In this document: one piece after another, positions 39,859 to 46,643 of the stretch
Numbering within the stretch: position 1 is the first letter of the stretch
Layout of the letters: every line of letters begins with the position of its first letter
Origin: Candidatus Micrarchaeota archaeon
GTDB taxonomy: Archaea; B1Sed10-29; B47-G15
Assembly (NCBI GenBank): GCA_003660975.1
Contig: QMVG01000004.1
Span: forward strand, 12,595-76,594
DNA: 64,000 nucleotides
Direction of reading: 5' to 3'
Notes under the pieces: generated by a model
What the model saw: only the letters and a program-made list of their open reading frames with translations
Told to the model about the DNA's origin: nothing
Database searches by the model: none
Position numbers and translations under genes: made by a program

Positions 39859-40360
39859 TTTCTGGGATGAGGATGAGGAGTTCCTGCAGCGCAGCGATGG
39901 AAAATATAGAAAACTGGTTAGCTGTATTGTTTACTGGGGCAATGCAGAGCAGTTTCTCTTGCTTCACAGGAAACTCAGGTGGCATGGTTATGAGTTTCCA
40001 AAAGGGGGGATAAAGAAAGGAGAGAGTTTGGAGGAAGCAGCCAGAAGAGAGCTGAGAGAGGAAGCAGGCATAGAAGACATAATTTCAATAAAAGACACGG
40101 GGATTGAGATTAAATACAAGTGGCCTCCTGAAATCGTGAAGCACCCAGGCAATAAGAACAAATACGATGGTGCAATACAACACTTTATGCTGGTAAAAGT
40201 TCCGTACAAAAAAGCAGAGGTAAAGAGCGATGAGCACGATGGCCTTCTCTGGGCAAGAGCAAATGTTGTGGATGAGTACCTTGCTTTTGAAAACCTGAGA
40301 CAGGCCTTTAGAAAAGCATTAAAAATGATAGCAGAGGTAAAAGATAATAGGCCCCAGTAG
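39851..40360 (+). CDS. NUDIX hydrolase
   Basis: Nudix box GGIKKGESLEEAARRELREEAGI. The last 10 nt, including the stop, overlap the 5' end of tRNA-Thr. Confidence 0.85.
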   Translation: MDDFWDEDEEFLQRSDGKYRKLVSCIVYWGNAEQFLLLHRKLRWHGYEFPKGGIKKGESLEEAARRELREEAGIEDIISIKDTGIEIKYKWPPEIVKHPGNKNKYDGAIQHFMLVKVPYKKAEVKSDEHDGLLWARANVVDEYLAFENLRQAFRKALKMIAEVKDNRPQ

Positions 40361-40465
40361 CTCAATGGCAGAGCGCTCGCCTCGTAGGCCTTTCAATGAT
40401 GACTGCTAAAAAGCGCTGAGAGCCGAGAAAGCGAGAGGTTGAGGGTTCAAATCCCTCCTGGGGCT
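40351..40465 (+). tRNA. tRNA-Thr (anticodon CGU) with a 43-nt canonical 37/38 intron (40387..40429)
   Basis: Exons give GCCCCAG-TA-GCTC-AATGGCA-GAGC-G-CTCGC-CTCGTA|A-GCGAG-AGGTT-GAGGG-TTCAAAT-CCCTC-CTGGGGC-T. The splice sites sit in a bulge-helix-bulge: a central helix CUCG(32-35)/CGAG(40424..40427) flanked by 3-nt bulges UAG and AAA. Confidence 0.8.
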
Positions 40466-40494
40466 TTTATGGCCGTGAGCCAGAGGTTCTGCTT

Positions 40495-40627
40495 CGCTTA
40501 ATCTTCCACATCTATCCCAGAAAAAGGCTTTTTCCTTTTTGCTTAGCTTTTTCCACAGCTTTCCCAGAAAAAGGCATATTTTTATTTTCGCTTAAGCCTT
40601 TTCCACATCTATCCCAGAAAAAGGCTT
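40495..40627. repeat. three tandem copies of the tRNA-associated hairpin repeat, cluster B
   Basis: Units are CGCTTAATCTTCCACATCTATCCCAGAAAAAGGCTT (40495..40530), GCTTAGCTTTTTCCACAGCTTTCCCAGAAAAAGGC (about 40541..40575) and CGCTTAAGCCTTTTCCACATCTATCCCAGAAAAAGGCTT (40589..40627). The arms AAGCCTTTT/AAAAGGCTT are inverted repeats. The orientation is reverse-complement relative to cluster A units. Confidence 0.55.
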
Positions 40628-41795
40628 ACTTTCCAATTCTTCTGATTGTGCTTCCGTAGTGTTTTATCACGTATATCAAAAGCGCAGGGCTAATCAGAGT
40701 TGCAAGCACGGATGATGAGACAATCGCAGTAAAGAGTATTGAGTCTATGATTTTGTTGACGAAGAGGAATTGGGCAACAGCAAGCTCGGTAGAGAACCTT
40801 ATGGACAGGGCTATGCCTGCAAAGAGGCCTCCAATGTCCTTGAACCTCTTTTTCATAAACGCCCAGCTGACAGCCACCTTTGTGGCCATAGGTATGACAT
40901 AGAATGCTATCGTAAGCATTGGGAATATCAGTATTGAATGAATGTCTAAGCTCATCCCAACCCATGCAAAGAACAAAGGGCCAAAGAGAGAGTAGCCAAC
41001 GCTTCTTATGCCATAGTCTGCCATTTTTAATTCATTTGATGGAACTAGGTTTCTTAAAGCGATTCCTGCCAAGATTGCCCCAATGCCCTCTGCTTTTGCA
41101 AAGTCACCCAAGGCCAGGAAAACGAAGAATATAGCAAAGCCAGCCAGCATCAGCTGTTCAATCTCAGGGAACCTGAACAGCCTTCTCTTGACCTTTTTTG
41201 TTTTTACAAAAATAAGCGTTGTAATAACCATAAGCCCTATTATTACAAAAGACGCTAGAATGTTAAAGAGCGAAGAAAAGCCAACCTTTGTTACTATCAA
41301 ACCAGCAATAAGCAGCGCGGCCACCTCAAAAACATCATCCAAGACTCCAATACCTATGACAGCAGCCCCTATCTTTGTGTTCAGCAGCTTGAACTCATCA
41401 AGGATTGGCACTAAGACCGCCTCCCCTACACAGTGTGCGGTTAGGCCTATCACAAGAGCAACAGAGAAGGGATAGCCAAAAGCCATTAATACTAATGTCC
41501 ACACAGCTGTTGACAAAACCTGGATGCCTAAGGTTGTTTTCACCACAACATCTGATATCTCTCTTAGCTTCTCCGTGCTCAGGTTAAAGCCAACCAGAAA
41601 AAGCATAAAGTACATGCCAAGACTGCCTAACAGCTCATAGTCAGAAAAACCAGAAAAAGATTCATTAAGCCCTAGGAGATTAAACGCTATCCCAACGAGC
41701 AGAGCAGCGAACAGCCATGGAATCCTGAGCTTTTCAAATAAGTGCCCTAAAATCAGCGTCACTAAGAATATAATTGCTATAATGTACAGTAGCAT
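40626..41795 (-). CDS. cation:proton antiporter (CPA family, Na+/H+ exchanger-like)
   Basis: 389 aa and about 12 TM helices, with the overall pattern of the Na+/H+ exchanger family. Confidence 0.75.
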   Translation of the reverse strand: MLLYIIAIIFLVTLILGHLFEKLRIPWLFAALLVGIAFNLLGLNESFSGFSDYELLGSLGMYFMLFLVGFNLSTEKLREISDVVVKTTLGIQVLSTAVWTLVLMAFGYPFSVALVIGLTAHCVGEAVLVPILDEFKLLNTKIGAAVIGIGVLDDVFEVAALLIAGLIVTKVGFSSLFNILASFVIIGLMVITTLIFVKTKKVKRRLFRFPEIEQLMLAGFAIFFVFLALGDFAKAEGIGAILAGIALRNLVPSNELKMADYGIRSVGYSLFGPLFFAWVGMSLDIHSILIFPMLTIAFYVIPMATKVAVSWAFMKKRFKDIGGLFAGIALSIRFSTELAVAQFLFVNKIIDSILFTAIVSSSVLATLISPALLIYVIKHYGSTIRRIGK

Positions 41796-41827
41796 ATTGC
41801 CTATTAAGGAATTGTTATATTAAATGT

Positions 41828-42070
41828 TTATTCCTTATAGACCCTCACGTTTTCGTGAACCTTCTGCTCAACCTTCATGCCTATGTCATCGCCTGGCTTT
41901 GCCTCTTCTATGTTTTCATGCTCTATCTGCATTGACTCAACCTTTTGGCTGAAATCAACATTCGCTCCCTTGAAGTGGACAGTGTCTCCTACTTTTATGT
42001 TTCCTGTTACCTTTATTACTGCTACTCCTATCTTATTGAAGTAATGAGTGACAACTCCAACCTCTTCCAT
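41828..42070 (-). CDS. small beta-barrel protein (EF-Tu domain 2-like), hypothetical
   Basis: 80 aa. VGVVTHYFNKIGVAVIKVTGNIKVGDTVHFKG resembles translation-factor domain II barrels. Confidence 0.45.
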   Translation of the reverse strand: MEEVGVVTHYFNKIGVAVIKVTGNIKVGDTVHFKGANVDFSQKVESMQIEHENIEEAKPGDDIGMKVEQKVHENVRVYKE

Positions 42071-42102
42071 GTTAAAAATTGCTGCGTAAATAGAATATAA
42101 AT

Positions 42103-42300
42103 TTAATGTATTGATAGGGATGATATTATGTCATCTATTTCCTCTAAATGCTCTGTTTTCTGCTGCCATAAAAACTTAAACTCCCTAATTATATTTTCCT
42201 CTATACAGTCGTTTATTATTCTTTCATAGCCTTGCTTTACCTCTTCCTCAGATCTCCTTATTTTCTCCATTAGCTCAAGCAGCTCAGAAGACATGCGCAT
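42103..42300 (-). CDS. small helical hypothetical protein
   Basis: The ORF-track ORF 42103..42375 overlaps the upstream ORF by 92 nt. An internal ATG (42300 or 42294) gives a compact tandem arrangement. Weak support. Confidence 0.35.
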   Translation of the reverse strand: MRMSSELLELMEKIRRSEEEVKQGYERIINDCIEENIIREFKFLWQQKTEHLEEIDDIISSLSIH

Positions 42301-42526
42301 CACTCTTTTCAATAGCTTCCAGAACCTTCTCCAACCTGTCCTTGTGCTCTTCTGCCTCCTTTCCCATTTGGACAAGCAGCACGAAGACTCTCTTTCCAGA
42401 GTCAGAGCCGTCTGACCTTATTATTTCAGATGCCTGCTGGTAGAGGTCTCGCAGCGCTTCTTCATCTTTTATTAGTTTCTCTATCTCCCTGCCCAGGGCC
42501 TGCTTTTCCATGCTGTGATAAGGCAT
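42284..42526 (-). CDS. small helical hypothetical protein
   Basis: 80-aa charged helical ORF with no recognised motif. Confidence 0.4.
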   Translation of the reverse strand: MPYHSMEKQALGREIEKLIKDEEALRDLYQQASEIIRSDGSDSGKRVFVLLVQMGKEAEEHKDRLEKVLEAIEKSDAHVF

Positions 42527-42618
42527 TACTCATATAAAACAGTGCTTTCGTCTATTGCCTGCAAAAAGTTTATATATTAGTTTATTAACTTTAATATGCC
42601 ACGCAAAGAGGGAGTTAT

Positions 42619-42732
42619 ATGCAAATACCAGAAGAGGAGTTCCCTGACGAGGACTGGGACTGGGACGATGAGGATGACTTGGACATCCCTTGGGACGAGG
42701 ATGACGAGTTCCTGGAGGATGAGGAGGAATAA
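42619..42732 (+). CDS. 37-aa hyper-acidic micro-protein (candidate)
   Basis: ATG preceded by AGAGGGAG (SD-like). The product is MQIPEEEFPDEDWDWDDEDDLDIPWDEDDEFLEDEEE, with 23 of 37 residues D/E and no basic residue. It is below the ORF-track length cutoff. Confidence 0.3.
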   Translation: MQIPEEEFPDEDWDWDDEDDLDIPWDEDDEFLEDEEE

Positions 42733-43710
42733 TTAAAGCACTGCCTTACTGCTCAGGAAGAGCAGGTATAAGGCAAGTAGGAAGATAAAGCTTATTGCTT
42801 CCCATTTTTCAAACCTGTTTCTTATGATGCTTATTGTCATCAAGATCGAGAACGCAAGCATTATGTAAAAGTCAAGAACGTTTTTAGCAAATGAGAGAGG
42901 CAGGGCTTTTAACATTGAGGCAGTGCCAAGCACTAATAAAATATTGCTTACATTGCTTCCTATTATGGTTCCTACTGAAACATCTCCGTAATTCTTTTTA
43001 AAGGCTGTTAATATAGTTGTAAACTCAGGAAGGCTTGTCCCAAAAGCCACTATGCCTGCACTCATTGCCCACTTGCTTATGCCAAGCAGGTAAAAAATGC
43101 TCACAACAGCATATATCACTAATCTTGCTCCAAAGTATAGGGAAAAAAGGGCAATAACCACCAATGCCACGTCCTTTACGTTTAGCTTTTCCCTTTTCAC
43201 TACGTTATTAGACCTGAATATCTTTTCTTCCTTGTACAGCGTTTTTAGGTATATAAAATACAGAAGCACCATGAAGAAGCCAATTATTGATGGAATGTAT
43301 CCATAAAAGCCGAGCGCGAATAGCATCAAAGCGCTTACTAACAGCCAAACAGCGTCCCTGTCAAGCACCTTTTTTTCAAAGACCCTATATTTTTTTGCTA
43401 TAAGGCCTGCAGCTATTATGAAAATGCTTATGTTGAAAATATTGCTTCCAACGATGTTTCCAACGCTTATGCTGGCCTCTGCTTGCCAGCTTGCCAAACT
43501 GCTGACAGCCAGCTCTGGCAAGCTTGTGCCGATTGCCATTACTGTTAGCCCAATAAAGAGCCTGCTTATGCCCAAAGCCTTTGCAATCCTGACAGCTGCG
43601 TCTACCCCGTAATCAGCGCCTTTTGCGAGCAAAGCTATTCCGATAAGCAATGTTAAAAACTCTAAAAGCATCCAATCTCCTTGGCCACTGTCTCTCAGCT
43701 TACAGCTCAT
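42733..43710 (-). CDS. Ca2+/cation antiporter (CaCA family, YrbG-like)
   Basis: Two alpha-repeats, GTSLPELAVS and GTSLPEFTT. About 10 TM helices. Confidence 0.85.
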   Translation of the reverse strand: MSCKLRDSGQGDWMLLEFLTLLIGIALLAKGADYGVDAAVRIAKALGISRLFIGLTVMAIGTSLPELAVSSLASWQAEASISVGNIVGSNIFNISIFIIAAGLIAKKYRVFEKKVLDRDAVWLLVSALMLFALGFYGYIPSIIGFFMVLLYFIYLKTLYKEEKIFRSNNVVKREKLNVKDVALVVIALFSLYFGARLVIYAVVSIFYLLGISKWAMSAGIVAFGTSLPEFTTILTAFKKNYGDVSVGTIIGSNVSNILLVLGTASMLKALPLSFAKNVLDFYIMLAFSILMTISIIRNRFEKWEAISFIFLLALYLLFLSSKAVL

Positions 43711-43783
43711 TTTTAGCAGCTATTCTTATAAATAGCTTTCTATCAAATCTTTTTATACCTGTAAGCAGATAAAAAACAACATC

Positions 43784-43867
43784 GCAGGGGTGCCGGAGTG
43801 GCCAAACGGGATGGACTCAAGATCCATTGGCTTAGTGCCTTCGAGGGTTCGAATCCCTCCCCCTGCA
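43784..43867 (+). tRNA. tRNA-Leu (anticodon CAA)
   Basis: GCAGGGG acceptor pairs with CCCCTGC. Anticodon arm ATGGA-CTCAAGA-TCCAT, variable arm GGC-TTAGT-GCC, T arm GAGGG-TTCGAAT-CCCTC, discriminator A. Confidence 0.9.
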
Positions 43868-44165
43868 CTAGGGACCGAAGGTCCCTATTGGGGGCTTCAG
43901 TTTCGCTTAAGCCTTTAACATCGGAATAACAGGAAAGGCTTAAATCCCTCCCCCTGCACTAAGCTTTTTCCTATGAAAACTGTGGAAAAAGCTTAAGCAA
44001 AAAAGAGGGGGAGGGAAGTTTTGATGAAACTTTTGCTAAAAGTTTCAATCCCTCCCCCTGCATTGCAACGCAGCTCGTTGCATCCGCAGGCGATCTTCGA
44101 TCGCCTTTGCTTAAGCCTTTGACACAGAAAGGATAGGAAAGGCTTAAATCCCTGTGCTGTTAAAA
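43868..44165. repeat. structured intergenic region: duplicated tRNA-Leu 3' ends plus hairpin repeats (cluster C)
   Basis: AATCCCTCCCCCTGCACTA (native, 43852..43870) recurs at 43943..43961 (19/19 nt). A 16-nt copy is at 44047..44062 and a 7-nt remnant at 44147..44153. An inverted copy, GAGGGGGAGGGA, lies near 44005..44016. Three units of the hairpin family AAGCYTTT-loop-AAARGCTT are present, along with extra hairpins (AGGGACC-GAA-GGTCCCT, TGCAACG-CAGCT-CGTTGCA, GGCGATC-TTC-GATCGCC). Confidence 0.6.
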
Positions 44166-44186
44166 TACCAGTGAAGAGGTCAAGGC

Positions 44187-44447
44187 ATGAGGATTGAGAA
44201 GAAAATATGGCCGGAGTATTTTCAGAAAATAATTGATGGAGTCAAAACCTTTGAGTTAAGGCTGGCAGATTTTGAGTGCAGGCCTGGTGACATACTGGTT
44301 TTGAGGGAATGGGACCCAAGAACAAAAGAGTACACGGGCAGAGTTATTGAAAAGAAGGTCACTTACGTGGCCAAAAGCAAAGACATGAGGTCCTGGCCTG
44401 ACGAGGACATAAGGAAATATGGGTTTCTGGTTATTGGGTTTAAATGA
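44187..44447 (+). CDS. ASCH/PUA-like small protein (DUF3850-like)
   Basis: KIWPEYFQKIIDGVKTFELRLADFECRPGDILVLREWDP matches my recollection of the DUF3850/ASCH pattern. 86 aa. Confidence 0.55.
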   Translation: MRIEKKIWPEYFQKIIDGVKTFELRLADFECRPGDILVLREWDPRTKEYTGRVIEKKVTYVAKSKDMRSWPDEDIRKYGFLVIGFK

Positions 44448-44510
44448 GCGGCGGTTGATATGTTTTCAATGGTGGCCATATGATTAGATAATCGACAAAC
44501 ATGCGAATCC

Positions 44511-44519
44511 TTTTTATAT
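44511..44519 (+). promoter_or_regulatory. TATA-box-like element upstream of the effector gene
   Basis: TTTTTATAT is centred about 26 nt upstream of ATG 44541, the spacing expected for an archaeal promoter driving a leaderless mRNA. Confidence 0.3.
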
Positions 44520-44540
44520 GTGAAAACAAGAAATAAAACG

Positions 44541-46301
44541 ATGCCATCCGAAACATACATTACGAAAACCTTGTCATTAAAACTCATTCCATCAGATGAA
44601 GAAAAGCAGGCGTTAGAAAACTATTTTATAACATTCCAGAGGGCCGTGAATTTTGCTATAGATAGAATAGTAGATATAAGAAGCTCCTTTAGATATCTAA
44701 ACAAAAATGAACAATTTCCAGCCGTGTGTGATTGCTGTGGTAAGAAAGAAAAGATAATGTATGTGAATATATCCAATAAAACCTTTAAGTTTAAACCATC
44801 AAGAAATCAGAAGGATAGATACACGAAGGACATTTATACAATCAAGCCCAATGCCCACATATGTAAGACATGCTACAGTGGCGTTGCAGGAAATATGTTT
44901 ATACGCAAACAAATGTATCCGAACGATAAAGAAGGGTGGAAAGTTTCGCGTTCATACAATATCAAAGTTAATGCCCCTGGACTGACTGGAACCGAATATG
45001 CTATGGCCATACGGAAGGCAATAAGTATATTAAGATCTTTTGAAAAGCGACGAAGAAATGCTGAAAGAAGAATCATAGAGTATGAAAAGTCCAAAAAAGA
45101 GTATTTAGAATTGATTGATGATGTTGAAAAAGGAAAGACAAATAAAATAGTGGTTCTTGAGAAAGAAGGCCATCAGCGAGTGAAAAGATATAAACACAAG
45201 AATTGGCCTGAGAAATGGCAAGGTATTTCTTTAAATAAAGCAAAAAGTAAGGTTAAAGATATTGAGAAAAGAATAAAAAAGCTCAAGGAGTGGAAACACC
45301 CTACACTAAATCGACCATATGTCGAGTTACACAAAAATAATGTTAGGATAGTGGGTTATGAAACAGTGGAACTTAAATTAGGAAACAAAATGTACACCAT
45401 ACATTTTGCTAGCATATCTAATTTACGAAAACCATTTAGAAAACAAAAGAAAAAGTCCATAGAATATCTGAAACATCTCCTAACCCTAGCGTTAAAAAGA
45501 AATCTTGAAACATACCCCAGCATAATAAAAAGAGGTAAGAATTTCTTTTTGCAGTATCCTGTGCGAGTGACAGTTAAAGTGCCTAAGCTGACAAAAAATT
45601 TTAAAGCTTTTGGCATCGATAGAGGCGTAAATAGGCTTGCAGTAGGTTGTATAATCTCAAAAGATGGAAAACTTACCAATAAAAATATTTTTTTCTTCCA
45701 TGGAAAGGAAGCGTGGGCCAAGGAAAACAGATACAAGAAGATTAGGGACAGATTATACGCTATGGCCAAGAAGTTGAGAGGAGATAAAACCAAGAAAATA
45801 AGGCTTTATCATGAGATTAGGAAGAAATTTAGACATAAAGTCAAATATTTCAGGAGAAACTATCTGCATAATATCTCTAAGCAAATTGTTGAGATTGCAA
45901 AGGAAAATACACCGACTGTCATCGTATTAGAAGATTTACGGTACTTGAGAGAAAGGACATATAGAGGAAAAGGAAGAAGCAAAAAGGCGAAAAAAACAAA
46001 TTATAAATTAAATACTTTTACTTACAGAATGCTTATAGATATGATAAAATACAAGGCAGAAGAAGCGGGAGTTCCTGTAATGATTATTGACCCAAGAAAC
46101 ACATCACGAAAATGTTCTAAGTGTGGTTATGTTGACGAAAATAATAGAAAACAAGCCTCGTTTAAGTGCCTTAAGTGTGGTTATAGTCTTAATGCAGACT
46201 TAAATGCAGCTGTCAATATAGCAAAAGCTTTTTATGAATGCCCCACGTTTAGATGGGAAGAAAAATTGCATGCATATGTTTGTTCAGAGCCCGATAAATA
46301 G
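44541..46301 (+). CDS. cas12f: miniature type V CRISPR effector candidate (TnpB-like RuvC nuclease; Cas12f/Cas14-like)
   Basis: 586 aa from ATG 44541 (593 aa from GTG 44520). Split RuvC: FGIDRGVN (Asp codon 45618..45620), TVIVLEDL (Glu codon 45930..45932) and NADLNAAVNIA (Asp codon 46197..46199). A CSKCGY...CLKCGY zinc ribbon sits between RuvC-II and RuvC-III. The N-terminal half has a second Cys cluster (CDCCGKK...CKTC) and a Lys-rich helical region. There is no HNH domain. The gene lies 342 bp upstream of a CRISPR array with cas1-cas2-cas4 beyond. Confidence 0.85.
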   Translation: MPSETYITKTLSLKLIPSDEEKQALENYFITFQRAVNFAIDRIVDIRSSFRYLNKNEQFPAVCDCCGKKEKIMYVNISNKTFKFKPSRNQKDRYTKDIYTIKPNAHICKTCYSGVAGNMFIRKQMYPNDKEGWKVSRSYNIKVNAPGLTGTEYAMAIRKAISILRSFEKRRRNAERRIIEYEKSKKEYLELIDDVEKGKTNKIVVLEKEGHQRVKRYKHKNWPEKWQGISLNKAKSKVKDIEKRIKKLKEWKHPTLNRPYVELHKNNVRIVGYETVELKLGNKMYTIHFASISNLRKPFRKQKKKSIEYLKHLLTLALKRNLETYPSIIKRGKNFFLQYPVRVTVKVPKLTKNFKAFGIDRGVNRLAVGCIISKDGKLTNKNIFFFHGKEAWAKENRYKKIRDRLYAMAKKLRGDKTKKIRLYHEIRKKFRHKVKYFRRNYLHNISKQIVEIAKENTPTVIVLEDLRYLRERTYRGKGRSKKAKKTNYKLNTFTYRMLIDMIKYKAEEAGVPVMIIDPRNTSRKCSKCGYVDENNRKQASFKCLKCGYSLNADLNAAVNIAKAFYECPTFRWEEKLHAYVCSEPDK

Positions 46302-46343
46302 CAAATTTACTTATTCGGAGCCTGTTTAAGCCATTAGAAAAAG

Positions 46344-46353
46344 ATAAATATTA
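46344..46353 (+). promoter_or_regulatory. TATA-box-like element upstream of the candidate tracrRNA
   Basis: ATAAATATTA, preceded by an A-rich BRE-like AAAAAG, lies about 25-30 nt before the start of the structured region. Confidence 0.3.
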
Positions 46354-46379
46354 AGAAGCACATAATTTATTTTGGTTAC

Positions 46380-46556
46380 ATATCACTGGATAATGAGAAC
46401 AGCTGTAGATTAAGCTGTTTGATGTATTGTATTATGCTCCACTTTAATAAGTGGTGCCTTCCAAAGCTATATGCTGAGGGAGGATGGGCGCTGTTGCAGC
46501 GTCTGCCCACCTCAGAGTGGGTATCCTTACCTATTTTGAAAGGTTCTGTAAGTGTT
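46380..46556 (+). ncRNA. candidate tracrRNA
   Basis: Anti-repeat ATCCTTACCTATTTTGAAAGGTTCTGTAA (46523..46551) pairs with repeat positions 18-32 (13 bp with two 1-nt bulges) and 2-11 (10 bp including one G-U). Upstream hairpins are CCACTT-TAAT-AAGTGG (46439..46454) and CTGAGG..TGGGC-GCTG-TTG-CAGC-GTCT-GCCCA-CCTCAG (46474..46515). The ends are approximate, and the strand is inferred from array polarity. Confidence 0.6.
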
Positions 46557-46643
46557 TATAAATCCGATTGCAATTTTGCAACTTACCTATTTTTAAGTTT
46601 CAGATATCTCGATAGACGCAGCAATACTCAAAAATTGTCTGCC

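Noticed and set aside
44520-46301. Possibility that the 593-aa protein is just a transposon-borne TnpB (IS200/IS605 or IS607 accessory gene) rather than a CRISPR effector.
   Set aside because: There is no adjacent tnpA (Y1 or serine transposase) and I saw no IS-like terminal hairpins flanking the gene. The N-terminal half is longer than I expect for TnpB. The gene is followed by an anti-repeat-bearing RNA region, an array and cas1-cas2-cas4 on the same strand. Only phylogeny or biochemistry can exclude this fully.
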